64,000 nucleotides of DNA from Antedon mediterranea (lineage: Eukaryota > Animalia > Echinodermata), in the NCBI RefSeq assembly GCF_964355755.1, contig NC_092670.1, positions 25,344,795-25,408,794 of the forward strand, in the 5' to 3' direction. Position 1 is the stretch's first letter. Each line of letters starts with the position of its first letter. The position numbers and the translations under genes were made by a program. Positions 63,973 to 64,000 of the stretch are shown here, piece after piece. A model generated the notes under the pieces. The model saw nothing but the letters and a program-made list of their open reading frames with translations. It did no database searches and was not told where the DNA came from.

Positions 63973-64000
63973 GTAGGTTTAGCCAGCCGGCGGCCAAGCT

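Overview
AT-rich, intron-containing eukaryotic DNA. Gene content and repeat style suggest an invertebrate animal, possibly an echinoderm (inference). The window has two regimes. (1) 1-40 kb is a duplication- and transposon-rich zone: two tandem ACSF2-like acyl-CoA synthetase genes; a foldback DNA element holding an RTE LINE whose 3' end was copied into the opposite arm; an L1/Tx1 LINE nested in a CR1/L2 relic; a CACTA-like relic with a decayed spliced ORF; two non-autonomous Helitrons; a near full-length CR1/L2 LINE inserted in a tRNA-like inverted repeat; and a duplicated intronless class A GPCR (one intact, one pseudogene followed by a 51-bp minisatellite). (2) 41-64 kb is a compact housekeeping block of strictly alternating orientation: MGRN1/RNF157(-), ADPRM(+), RRS1(-), RPL18(+), ENDOV(-), DNAL4(+, partial). 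The most notable observations are the arm-to-arm templated copy of an RTE insertion, TA-GGCC-TA and TA-CAG-TA micro-insertions that look like transposon excision footprints and cluster near promoters, a triplicated splice acceptor in ENDOV, and a shared RRS1/RPL18 promoter. Exon coordinates were read by eye and may be off by a few bases. No database searches were run.
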